A stretch of 64,000 nt of DNA from Octopus vulgaris. Its lineage: Eukaryota. Positions 27,761 to 40,922 of the stretch are shown here, piece after piece; the first letter of the stretch is position 1, and the number at the start of each line of letters is the position of its first letter. The notes below the pieces were generated by a model, which did not search any database, had not been told where the DNA came from, and saw only the letters and a list, made by a program, of their open reading frames with translations. Where the stretch lies: contig OX597820.1 of NCBI GenBank assembly GCA_951406725.2, positions 51,274,001 to 51,338,000 on the forward strand, written 5' to 3'. Made by a program: the position numbers and the translations under genes.

Positions 27761-28232
27761 ATATAAGCTCTTTTTGTTGTATTTGTGCTCGAATTTTTCA
27801 TAGTGTGTATCACTGAAGTCTCATGCTTGCATGCTTACCTGGTGCTTCTACTTATTCTTAGCCAGTGTCTAGTATTTACTACGGTGCTTACACAATTCTC
27901 TTTTTCAATGATATGTCGTACAAATTAGCTCAAACAATTTATGCTTTATCGGAGTTCGCGTATATTTACAGGAGATTTAATTTGATACATAATTTTGATT
28001 AGAGAAAAGAAATCATTGATGACTGATGCAGTTGTATAATTCGCTGCAATTATTCAGGTTCACTTTTTTCCTGTCCGCTAAGAGTAACACAGATAAACTT
28101 AACAGCAATATATGGCAGATGTAAACTTCCTCACCGGACGCAAGAGAGCTTACAATGTTTACATACAAACGCTACGATCTGCTCAAATGTCTGTCCATGA
28201 CCCCTCCCATCTCACTTAATACACACACACAT

Positions 28233-28283
<51 letters not shown>

Positions 28284-28689
28284 CACAAACGCATACACAC
28301 ATATATATATATATACATGTACTTGTGTATATACTGATAATTAGGCACATACGTACTCATAAATACATGGTCTTTACGAAGAACAAATCTTTGGCAAATA
28401 AGTATTTTAAAACGGCATTAATAAACATCTGTCAAGTGTATTAATGTTCGTAACTCAAGTAAAAAATAATCTTAAGTCTACTGAAATTCGAAATCAGCTG
28501 CTTTTGAAAAATAGAAAAACAAATCTAGAGATTTTCCAGTATGAAACGGCATATTTTGTTGTGAGGTGATGGGGAAAAGAACCTTAAAGAGAAGGGCCCT
28601 GCAGGGGACATCACGTACGTCCTCATCTCGGCACTCTATTTAATCCAGTTGATGAATTATTTATAATAATAATTAGCTTTGTTTTGAAT

Positions 28690-29583
28690 GAGCGAGGTAC
28701 CCTGACAATTTATCTTTAATAAACAATAAAATATGTATGTAAGTTTTAACTTCATCATATGCTTCGAAATAGTAGCCCTGCGCTGCAATACAATTATCCT
28801 AACATTCCTCCTAGTTTTGGAATCCGGCCTGGGAGTCATTTTCCGTAAATGAGTCGAAGAAGTTCAGTGATTTGTTCTGGACTTCGACAACGGTGTTAGA
28901 AAGGCGACTTTTGAGTTGCATATTTTCAAATTGAGGAAGAGAGGGATGTCAGCAGGTGTGACATTTGGCGTATAGGGAGTGTGCGGAAGCAATATCATAT
29001 TGTTTTTGGTGAGAAACTCAAGAGTAAAGAGACCTCGGTGACATGATGCATTGTTGTCGTGAAGAATTCAATTGTTCGCGCCCCACACATCCGGTTACTT
29101 TCTCCCACATATCTCTCACATATGCTTTAAAACGTTGCTGTAGAACTCTCGACTGATGGTCTAAAACTGGGTTACGAATTCAGGATATACAATATCACAT
29201 TTCCAGTAGTGAGGCCTGTGGATGGTCTTCGAGATCGGTTATCGTCTTGCAGTGAGGTTGCTCCGATTTTCAAGGGCCCATGTTCCTCTAAATATTGTGT
29301 ACGACCGATTGCCGCTTGCTGAAGTATACTGAACGTCTCTGTAGCAGGCCTCCCAAGTTTAATTTAAAATTTTACGATGGCTCTTCATTCCTTTCCATAA
29401 CAAAATCGCAAACTACAGTATACACGTGATAACAACAACACAAATTTCTGAACTTGCCAATTAAACACAGCAATGTGATTTGGCACACTGCCTCATGAGG
29501 GTCTTTGCCAGCCCACAGACCGTGTGCTGCCTTTTGTTGGCGCACTATAGAACTCGTCGGATAACTTTTGATACCATCTCGTA
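28690..29583 (-). mobile_element. Decayed mariner transposon
   Basis: C-terminal CIAAQGYYFE motif near 28765-28795; TACGAG...TCAAAAGT-type terminus at 29583. Confidence 0.6.
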
Positions 29584-30099
29584 ATTTCTAAGTGCAATGC
29601 CTAATTTAATTTGCAGCTATTTTCTTTAAGTACTGTAAAATTGTATATAGTAATACCTCCTTCACTTTTGTCTCACTGGATAGTATATCAATGGGGAAAT
29701 AATGTTCACCAAAACACAAAACTCGATCTCAAGTAATGTAAAACGAGATATTACAAATTTAATGAAATAGCGTTAATGCATATGCTTCAGAAGCAAGAGT
29801 TAATAATTTCATCAGAATAATCTAAACGATGCAAATCCATTTAACTCTTTAAATATTCTCGTTAAAAATGTATATGAAGAAATGTTTAATATTTGCAAAT
29901 ATTCATTAAACGATTTATTAGCACCTCATAATACACCAGTCTTTAACTCTCTTCCCGTTCAACAATTGTGGTCTGAATATGTATCAATTATTTATATTTA
30001 ACTTCAGTATTACATCAATAACAGAATTTTATCTTAGTAATGTAGAACTTAATTTTCCAAAAGGGATTTCTGATTTTCTTTATCTTCATTTCGTTATTT

Positions 30100-30900
30100 A
30101 ATTAATCACAGAAACACTTTACAATTTAGACTTCATTTAATTATTGCAATTGCAAATTACTAACGAAATAAATTGTACGGCATTACAGAAGTCTGTGTTT
30201 TTTGTTTAAACATAGTGTAACTGAAAGCTGAATCCACTGGATATATCAGTCTTCATTCTATTCAGTATTAGTGCTGTTTAATTGACAACATACCTGAACA
30301 TGTAATTGAATAGTAACCCTCTATTGTTGTGGTGGATATATATTACCCGGAATCACACATGGCTGTAGATATATGAAGAAAGGTATTTCGTTCGTGATAA
30401 CCTTTCCTGTCGCATATCTTCAGTCACTATATTGATATTTTAAGTATAATGTGATTGATACAAATAATAAGGTTTGAAATTCGGTCGATATTGATCCCAA
30501 CTAACTGAATTTCATCAATGTTCATCTGTTGCAAATTGTTAGCTTCCATTGTGTCATTTTTTATATCTCAGTGGCGTGGGGGTAACGTGCAATATATATT
30601 AAATCTATTTTTTTGTTTGTTTCATCGAGGACTGCTGAAAGTAAGTGTGGCAGGCATCCTTTAATCGCATAACCTTCCACGGAACTTAACACAAATTTGT
30701 TCAGTGAACCAACGCGTTTAAGTCAAAGGATGGTGTCTACGAAGAGAAAGAAATATAGGGAAAATATATCTGAAAATAATATTATCCAATACATTATCAA
30801 TTATTCAAATATATACCATCTGCTACTGTGTTATTATATCAACATGAATATGTCAAATGCGAATACTTCATTGTTGAGTATGCAACATAATATCTAAGTA
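30100..30900 (-). pseudogene. Decayed Cys-loop receptor-like gene
   Basis: *TPSFDL (TAG at the W of WxP); LKDACHTYF; EIQLVGIN...HIILKISI; M1-like FIYLQPCVIPGNIYP at 30334-30378; QVCC..TALIL. Confidence 0.55.
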
Positions 30901-30964
30901 TTCATTGCGAATTATAATGCGATGTTCCATCAATTTTGAGACTGTTCCGACATGCACACCCATC

Positions 30965-31025
<61 letters not shown>

Positions 31026-31026
31026 C

Positions 31027-31230
31027 GTGTGTACCGTTGGCGATCTTTTTCTACTCTGTCTTCCCTTCTCTGGATCTTTCCTTCTCCTATATTTCCGACG
31101 AAGAGCTCCGCTCGAAACGTTAAGCCCTTCTTCTTTCCTTCTTTCCTGAGCGTCCAATAATACTATATTTGTTCCACGTCCTCACGTTGTTGTGTTTTTT
31201 TTGTGCTTTCTTGTTTGGATTAACTTTATA
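31027..31230 (+). mobile_element. PLE-type element with degenerate hammerhead (same family as 156-352)
   Basis: TATTT-CCGACGA-A-GAGC-TCC-GCTC-GAAA-CGTT...AGCG-TC. Confidence 0.65.
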
Positions 31231-31781
31231 TTATATATATATAGTGAGAGTTTACAAAAGAACAAAAGACGAAGACGGGTGTTTAAACAACAAACACATG
31301 TAATAGTTTAATATGTAAGTATGTATGTGTGTGTGTGCATCTTGGTATAATGTACAAACATGCAACAGTTTATTTAGATATCTATATGAGGCACCACAAA
31401 AAGATATTTATGATACGTACATCTAGTCTTAATTATTAGACTTATTGGAAATATATGTAGAGAAAATACAAAGGACGTGTAAGAGCTATATTTATTAAAA
31501 CGTTTATCTCTTCTGTCCAACAATAATGGAAAGTCCAGTATATGAGTAAAATATTACATATTAATTTTACTGCTTCCTTTTTCCCCTTGAAGAGTACTTT
31601 ACTGATACTATGGGAAAATTATTAACAAAGTTGATTTTTTAAAAGAATTAAGTACAATATTCTTCCATCACATAATGTTTATATCATCTATAGGAGCGCA
31701 ATAGCACAAGTATATATACAAAAATATCTACATATGTATACATGTGTAGGTGTGCATATAGTTGTATTTGTATGTATATGC

Positions 31782-31824
<43 letters not shown>

Positions 31825-31860
31825 TTTATGCATATATATATATATAAATATGTGTATATA

Positions 31861-31906
<46 letters not shown>

Positions 31907-31942
31907 CTATATATGAATGTGCGTATGTATATATCTGCATGC

Positions 31943-31993
<51 letters not shown>

Positions 31994-32460
31994 CGATAGA
32001 ATTACAGAATAACGATAGAATTAACGATATATATAAGTATATTAACGATAGATTTTTACAGAATGTAAACATACCTTACATTTATTTACGGGTAAATTAA
32101 TTAATGTAATAAGGGTACTTATCTTATAGAAGGTATACGTAGAGGTTTTTCAATGAAAGAAAAGAAAAACGGTTCTTTTTGCAGTTAGAGTCGACTGGAA
32201 ATAAATTTAGAAGATTTCACCACGTGTTAATTTCGACAGAGGAAAATCTGGCGTGCGTTGTTGAACTCAAGTGTACAAACTTGACTTGTAGCAGAATATA
32301 TTGTGGTTTTTAACCAAAATATCCAAGTGCACGTCTATAAGGTAACAATTTCTACGTTTTTTATGAGTTTTCGCCTATTAATTCGTCGATTTATGCAAAC
32401 CCTCTTGTTTTTTTTATCACAGAGCAAAGCAACACGTGTTTACTCTACGAAGCCGGAAGT

Positions 32461-32504
<44 letters not shown>

Positions 32505-32510
<6 letters not shown>

Positions 32511-32638
32511 AAGATAAAACTCTGAGTTTCAGATGCCGAAGTGGAAATCCACAACAACATTTCTTCGGTTATCTGGCCAGAGATAGTGTTGTGGATTTCC
32601 ACTGCGGCATCTGAAACTCAGAGTTTTATCTTAACTAT
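32505..32638. mobile_element. Palindromic PLE-type element with hammerhead-like core on the minus strand
   Basis: About 52 bp near-perfect inverted arms; minus strand AGATAA-CCGAAGA-...-GAAA-CTCAGAG-TT-TTATCT; TA-flanked. Confidence 0.7.
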
Positions 32639-32648
32639 TGAGTAAATG

Positions 32649-32728
<80 letters not shown>

Positions 32729-34025
32729 CTGTGTGTGTGTGTCTGTGTCAGTGTGTGTGTAATTATATATATTTACGTATATACGAACACAAATATTTGG
32801 GGTCGAATCTATCACTTATTATTAAGGGAAATGGAAGCGATTTCCTTTTAGTGAGGTTAACATCCCTAAAATTAATTCAAATATATGACTTGAAATATGT
32901 TATACTAATAGAGTAGATTTCAAAATCTCATCAGTAATGTAAATGCATGTTTGTAATTCCTTACGAAATTCAGTGGCAATGATCTTTCATTTTGAGAATC
33001 AGCATTAACAAAACCAACTGCATAATGCACAGTCCCTTTTAAATACCGTTACCATAAACATACTCAACATAAAACTGAAAACGTGAATCTGTAAAATATC
33101 TTGGACAACATCCTGAAGGGTTTACTACAACCAATCGACCCCAGTACTTATTTATTTTAAAACTTTTCTTTATTCTAATAGTACCTTTTCCGAAAAGATG
33201 AGATGCCAGCATGTGTACAAACCACCGTCGATTTTCCAGCGGTTGTAAGGGACAAACACGAAAGGGAAGGTCTCACATACATAGAAGTACACACACACAC
33301 ACATACACACATACAAACACACTTACATATAAGCAATGTTTATCGCCACTGTTGCGTAGGGAGCGATGCGAATGCTACTTTTAACCTCAGGAGAACGCCT
33401 CCTTCAGATTGTTATTGAATGACATCAGTACATACATACAGACATACATACATACATACATACATACATACATACATACATACAGACATACATATCATGA
33501 ACTAAATGTTACTTTCTGAGATGCAGCATGTAATTTTGTCAGTGACCAGGTCACTGTTTCAGAACGACGGAAACATTCTGGCAACTTAAATGTAAATGTT
33601 AAAGTGAATCTAACAGTTTTTGTTTGTGTTTAAATGGCTTATAAACAACCAACACGCTGTAGTTGTATTTGCTATGCATGTATATCTCTGTAACTATATA
33701 TACATTCCAAACTAAAGGAAACAAAGCGACATTTAGTTTTACAAAGCCAAAATACGAAATACTGGTTGGTGAAAATCTCAAAATAGAATACTAAGCGTCA
33801 ACCAAGCATCAATCCTCAAAATTGCACGAGGGCAAGATTTACATCAGAGGATAATTCAGAAATCTCCATACACAGCAGATATGGGATATGTAGCAACTCT
33901 GAGTTTCAGATGCCGAAGTGGAAATCCACAACAACATTTCTTCGGTTATCTGGCCAGAGATAGTGTTGTGGATTTCCACTGCGGCATCTGAAACTCAGAG
34001 TTTTATCTTGACTATTGAGTAAATG

Positions 34026-34115
<90 letters not shown>

Positions 34116-34484
34116 CTGTGTGTGTGTGTGTCAGTGTGTGTGTAATTATATATATTTATGTATATACGAACACAAATATTTGGGGTCGAATCTATCAATT
34201 ATTATTAAGGGAAATGGAAGCGATTTCCTTTTAGTGGGGTTAACATCCCTAAAATTAATTCAAATATATGACTTGAAATATGTTAAACCAATAGAGTAGA
34301 TTTCAAAATCTCATTAGCAATGTAAATGCATGTTTGTAATTCCTTGCGAAATTCATTGGCAATGATCTTTCATGTTGAGAATCAGCATTAACAAAACCAA
34401 CTGCATAATGCACAGTCCCTTTTAAATACCGTTACCATAAACATACTCAAAATATAACTGAAAACGCGAATCTGTAAAATATCT
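32518..34484. repeat. Direct duplication A (32518-33101) / A' (33895-34484) flanking segment B (33099-33897)
   Basis: Direct sequence comparison; near-identical ORF calls at 32638 and 34015. Confidence 0.9.
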
Positions 34485-34637
34485 GCAACCGTAAGGCCAA
34501 ATAATGGAAGAATAGTAATATATACTTTGTACTTCATTTTTGATAATTTAAAAAAAAAATAATAATATGTCATGCGAATATATAAAATGATTTTTATCTC
34601 ATTTTCCTAACCTTTTATTCATTTAAAATATACAATA

Positions 34638-35330
34638 TACAGCATGCGATGGGTAAATAGTCATTCATCTCTATTTTAAAGTTCGTGCATGGGCGTTTTT
34701 TTGTTTTTGATTTTATCGTCTACACAGTATAGTAGAGTCACTTAGGCACCGTATTTGAGTAAACGGCACCATGACGCCATTCACCCAGCCAGAAATTTAT
34801 AAACGACCTGCTGAACTGCTTCGCAATCGCGCCAGATGCTCCAATACAAACCTTTCAGAGTGCTTGGGTGTCAATCTGTGGACAGTACAGAGGATTCAGA
34901 AAGAGTTGGATGAATCTAACTTTGATTACTAAGGTACGGCAACTCGGAAAACACACTCTGATGGTTCTTATAAGGAAAGAGCTGAATGTGTTGGTGAGAC
35001 CCAAGTGATGATTGACAACGAACCCTGCAAGTCAATCAGGTCTATCGCAAAGGACATGGGAGTGTTTGAATTTCTTATCAGGCAGGAAGTGCATGAAGAC
35101 ATTCGGTATTCTTCAAGATGAGAAACTGGCAAGTTGTTATCCCAACACATCAAGAAGAAGAGATCACGTTACGAATCTTTTGAACAAAGTGAAGCATCCC
35201 CTTCAACCGAACATTGTCTTTTCCTCTGACGAGAAAAATTTCTGCTAGGATTAGATGATGAATGTAGATGATTTAGATCTCATATAGAAGCATTGTGGAA
35301 GCTGGAGGCGGCTGTATTGAATAATATTTT
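34638..35330 (+). mobile_element. Tc1/mariner-superfamily remnant
   Basis: IDNEPCKSIRSIAKDMGV helix-turn-helix and IVFSSDEKNFC. Confidence 0.65.
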
Positions 35331-35608
35331 AGAAAAGAATGTTTATTTTTATCGAATTACAAACACACATACACACACACACACACACACATATATATAA
35401 GAAATAGTTAATAATTAATTTGGACAAATAAATATAAGTCGATTAGTGTGTTTAAATGATGAGAAGAGCACATGCACAGTTTAGGCTACTTGTTGTCATC
35501 CGCTTTTGTGGTACACTACCGTTGGATCTACTTCAGGAATTCCGCAGTCGCACTTAGGGCAATACTAGAAATTAATAAGCGATGGAAATCGTATTACACT
35601 TTTAATGG

Positions 35609-35653
35609 GTATAACATATGTTTCGACCCATCATTCTGGATCTCATCAGGTAC
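35609..35653 (-). ncRNA. Minimal type I hammerhead (PLE-type)
   Basis: GTAC-CTGATGA-GATCCA..TGGGTC-GAAA-CATATG-TT-ATAC; inverted partial copy GAAACATATGTAGTAC at 35762-35776. Confidence 0.7.
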
Positions 35654-35965
35654 ATTGATAAAGATGTCTCACTACAGAATTTTAGTGTCGGCTGATTTGT
35701 TGTTATAGGCCCATCAACTTGATGGCCATATAATAACAACAGAGACCCAGCCAGATAAGTCGAAACATATGTAGTACACACTAAACTTCTAATACGTCTT
35801 CCATCTCCTATCAATTAATACTATATATATATATATATATATATACATTTGTGAAAACCAGAGTTATCTGTTGGAATATAAATATTACAGATATATTACT
35901 TTAGTGGCCTTAACACACGTTGAAGAAATTTTCTATTATTACAAGGAAAGATGTTTTATTCTATT

Positions 35966-36200
35966 CTAAAGAACTATTTGCGTAATTGTATTTGGCAAGG
36001 GTACGACAATATTACATTTTCTAAACGATGCACACATCTCAGCTTGCTGTATTAGTGCAGTCGTTAGGATGTTAAAAGTAAATAAATTGGTAATATTACT
36101 TAGATTTTGTAGCTGAAATGGCAAAGAAATAGCTTTTGAATTAATTTTGCTGCCGAAAAGTTGTAAGTAGCTATACATCTAAGCATATTACAGAAGACCA
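35966..36200 (-). pseudogene. Possible Cys-loop receptor-like N-terminal fragment
   Basis: FQLQNLSNITNLFTFNILTTALIQQAEM...IVVPLPNTI. Confidence 0.35.
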
Positions 36201-36726
36201 ATGCAAAGGTTGAATCTAAATTAATGGAAGGCTACGGACAAATGCCGTATATAACGTTATAAACGCTGTTATAACATCTTAAATGTCGGTGGTTGCATTA
36301 AAATAATAAGTAAGCGTTCTAGAAACCATCGCAAAATATAAAAAAAATATATAAATAGATATAAAAATAAAATCATAGCTTGTCAAAGTCGATTATTGAA
36401 ATTGTATTTAGCAAAGTATAAAATATTCTTATTGCAGTGTGGGCAATTTATACTACTGAAAGTCTTTCTTTTCAGCACCTAACATGCAGATAAAATTAAA
36501 TGGCGTTTAACGCAAATTGAAAACATAGATAGATATTCTCATTGGCATACACATACCTATAGAAATATACACAGACACACACACAGACACACATCACGCA
36601 CACACACACACACACACATATGTTTGTGTGTCTCTGTATGCATGCATATGGACATATTCTTTTATACGTTTCAGCCCAATTATTGTGGCCATGCTTGAGG
36701 ACTGCCATATACTTTATCTATCTCCT

Positions 36727-36769
<43 letters not shown>

Positions 36770-38398
36770 TAGCAGAGATACCTGGCGTTGACCGTGTTAC
36801 ATGCAATTGAAGAAATAGACTTTACTGTTATATTTTCTGTAATGAACTGGAATATCTATGTTTCGAATTTCATAAAATTGCAGATAAGGGTTATTTCCCT
36901 CTTTACACACCCTAAAATAATTGTAATCGTGCTACATGTATCCCATACTACTGATTTGTATGCGCATATTCCAAAATTCCAGTCTTATTGAACCTGCTAA
37001 AAGGATTTTGCTCCTGAAAAATGAAGGTCATGGAGTTCTAAAATGTGAGAATGAAGGCACTTGTTGGGGTTGGGTGTCTTAATGTCAAGCAGAGAAGTTG
37101 AATTACTGAGAATATTTTTAACTTGGATCTTATATCTATTGTTTGAAATTCTTTAAAATAGGAAATATATGTTCACTGGGTTTGTAAAAGAGAGCAAAGC
37201 TACAGGAAATCAAAAGACGAATGATCACAATAAGCCGTCAGCTACCCTACCCTAGTTGTTACGACGCCCAATGTAGGATTCCTCACCATGCAGGTGACAG
37301 GCACAGCCGTGAGATGCATTACGAATCTATAGCAATTGGAAGGGTGTGACTCAACTGAAATAAACATTAATAACTGTGTGACGTGAGGGCTAGGGAAAAA
37401 TGAAATTGTCACTTCTGCAGTTTGCAAATGACCACTATACTGATACGTAACTGGACAGAATAAATTTACAATCTATGTCTTTGAATAACCAGTCACTTAT
37501 CTGGGAAGGCCCATTTTGACGAGCGTGAGAAAATCGGATCCATGAAATCATTTTGGAAATCTTTGAGATGAGAATGTTTGTGTGATTTTTAGTATGTTTC
37601 TGCTTAAGTATGAAAGTGTGTGTGTGTGTGTGTGTGTGTGCGTGCGTGTGATTGCGCGCGTGTGTGTGTGCATATATTTGTGTTTGAGCCCGTGTCTGTG
37701 TGCACTATGTATTAGTTAAGTGAATACTCGCAGTTATTTTAGTAACTGTAATGAGGTCATCGTTAATATCTAGTGATGCTCCCATTTAGTTGTAAATTGA
37801 AATTATTTAATTTAAATAAAACTTTATCGTTTATTTAAAATATTTTTTACACGTTTAATTTTGTTACAATGTTTTTTATGAAATGTAGTTGTAAGTGAAT
37901 TTTTTCCACTTATTTTCGTAAGCGTAATGCGAAAATTAATAAGATCAAGTGTTAATCTGGTTTGGTTCATCTAGGTAATTAATTATGTTATTTAGCATTT
38001 TCCATGCTTTTATTGATATATTTTTACAGTAATTCTACAGTATTTTTACAGAATGTCTACAGTATTTTTACAGTAATTCGTATCATCTCTTGTACATTTG
38101 TAGATTGGAAAGATCTTGAATCTGCTTTTTTCGCATATTTTCAAATATTTGCTCAACCGAATTTAACGTAATTATTTTTATCTGAAATGTCTCTGGACTC
38201 TTGCACGTTGGTAAAGGGAGATCCAGGATTCTCCTATATAATTCTCTGTGCAATTAGTGTGATGGTGGTGCTGCTTGGGAGATGTTGTTCAGTAGATTAT
38301 ATTCTGAGTCTTGCAGTTCATATTGGTATTTCTTCAGAAAGAGAATCCACTTTCGAATTTCAAATGTGAACCAGTGATCAGGTATTGAATTTTTTATT

Positions 38399-39276
38399 GT
38401 TGCTACATATTCCATATCTGCTGTGTATGGAGATTTCTGAATTATCCTCTGATGTAAATCTTGCTCTCGTGCAATTTTGGGGATTGATGCTTTGGTTGAC
38501 GTTTAGTATTCTATTTTGAGATTTTCACCAACCAGTATTTCGTCTTTTGGCTTTGTAAAACTAAGTGTCACTTTGTTTCCTTTAGTTTGGAATGTATATA
38601 TAGTTACAGAGATATACATGCATAGCAAAAACAACTACAGCGTGGTGGTTGTTTATAAGCCATTTAAACACAAACAAAAACTGTTAGATTCACTTTAACA
38701 TTTACATTTAAGTTGCCAGAATGTTTCCGTCGTTCTGAAACAGTGACCTGGTCACTGACAAAATTACATGCTGCATCTCAGAAAGTAACATTTAGTTCAT
38801 GATATGTATGTCTGTCTGTATGTATGTATGTATGTATGTATGTATGTCTGTATGTATGTATGTATGTATGTATGTATGTATGTATGTATGTATGTATGTA
38901 TGTACTGATGTCATTCAATAACAATCTGAAGGAGGCGTTCTCCTGAGGTTAAAAGTAGCATTCGCATCGCTCCCTACGCAACAGTGGCGATAAACATTGC
39001 TTAAATGTAAGTGTGTTTGTGTGTGTGTATGTGTGTGTGTGTGTGTGCATATGTGTATGTGTGTATGTGTGTGTGTACGTGTGTGTACTTCTATGTATGT
39101 GAGACCTTCCCTTTCGTGTTTGTCCCTTACAACCGCTGGAAAATCGACGGTGGTTTGTACACGTGCTGGCATCTCATCTTTTCGGAAAAGTGACTATTAG
39201 AATAAAGAAAAGTTTTAAAATAAATAAGTAATGGGGTCGATTGGTTCTAGTAAACCCTTCAGGATGTTGTCTAAGA
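38399..39276 (-). repeat. Inverted homolog (B') of 33099-33897
   Basis: Near-identical ORFs on opposite strands (33203+ vs 38915-; 33599- vs 38516+). Confidence 0.9.
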
Positions 39277-39899
39277 ATGGTCGCAGTCTTATGACTGAAG
39301 AAATAATAAGGTAAGAGAGTATAGTTTCGTTACCAAAAGATGAATCAACATACAAATATATCATTGATAGGAATCATATTTTCTCTTTTGACACAAGCCA
39401 TGCGTATTTGTCAAACTCATATTTCTTATATTGTGAGCAATGAATATCAATGTAGTATTTAGAAATCTAAAGTTATTCTCACTTTTAAAATATATGCGTT
39501 GTACACATACATGTATATATACATGTATATATACATGTATATATATAACATACACGCATACATACTTACATACATGCATACATACATAGATACTTAGATA
39601 CATTGTATTTCATTCACCGTTTTACGTCCACCATATTTGTCTCTATTTCCCAACCTTTCAAAAACAGTGTAAGCTCAAAACGTAAAATGACTTTCCTTTT
39701 CTTGTCCAATTTTCCCGAGAAAACCTTGATACGTTCTACTATTTGTTATGAACCAGGTCGTCGTTATACACACACGCGCGCGCTCACAGAGACACATACA
39801 CACACACATACGTACATACATACATACATATATACATACATACATACACACATACATACATACATACATACATACATACATACATACATACATACATAC

Positions 39900-40205
39900 A
39901 TGCGAGATTGAGTATGGTGCAGAAAACTGTAATTGGCCACGTCGCTTATTTCTGGAAACATTGTAGATGGAACATGGTGTCTATTCCTTCTGTAGTACAG
40001 TTATAGAATGTAATACTATCTGGTGTTCTTTTTTCTATTGTATTTTTACCAATTGCAGCATCATTATGCATTGCGCTCAGTAGGATATGTCCCCTTTCTT
40101 CGAAACATATGAGGTCAGTGTAACATCCTTCTGGAAACCAAAGAAACCTGTGTATTCAGTTGTGTATCTTGAAACGACAAACCGAGGGGGAAGTTCTATC
40201 TGTTT
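39900..40205 (-). mobile_element. Second piggyBac transposase fragment
   Basis: Homologous to 41815-42090. Confidence 0.7.
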
Positions 40206-40922
40206 AACCGTTTACGTATAAAACTGAAAAATGAAATTGTTGCGGGTTGCGCTTTCTCCGGCTTCAGTCGCAGCGGTAATGGAAAACTCACCCTATACGT
40301 CCGGATAAAACACACTCTGCACGATGTATTAATTACACTGTGTCTCATTATAAGTATTTGTTGTCGTGTCTCTTTGTGTACATGTGTGTGAATATATAAC
40401 TTTTAACAAGGAAATGGAGGTATCACACATTATAATGTTCTACTAACATCAGAATATTTGAATTCATTCATTTTCTTTTATCAGTTGCTGAGCATCCAAA
40501 ACAAAATCTCAAATGAGATTTATGCGTAGTAATTCTCCTAAGTAGGTAACGTTCTCTCCCATGAGGCGCGTAGGTAGATGAGCTGATGATAAAGTAAGCA
40601 ATAACCTTAATTATGAATAATAAGACTACAGAATTAATACATCAGGAAGTATTACTTTACACTTTCATTTAGTTATTTTCCATCTTCTGACACATAATTA
40701 TGATATACTTGAACGTGGGAGAGTAATATACTCTTATGAATATATGTGTATTTATCTTCGTGTATGTCTAAAAATGCCTACATACACACACATATATACA
40801 TACATACATACATACATTCATACATACATACAGGTATACATGCACAGACAGACAGAGACGCACATATAAAAACACACAAACACGCACACACACATATATC
40901 TGTTTTATCATGTATCTGTTAA

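Noticed and set aside
32185-32341. Plus-strand exon with good AG/GT sites
   Set aside because: The frame I read stops before the donor, has no recognisable motif and has no partner exons
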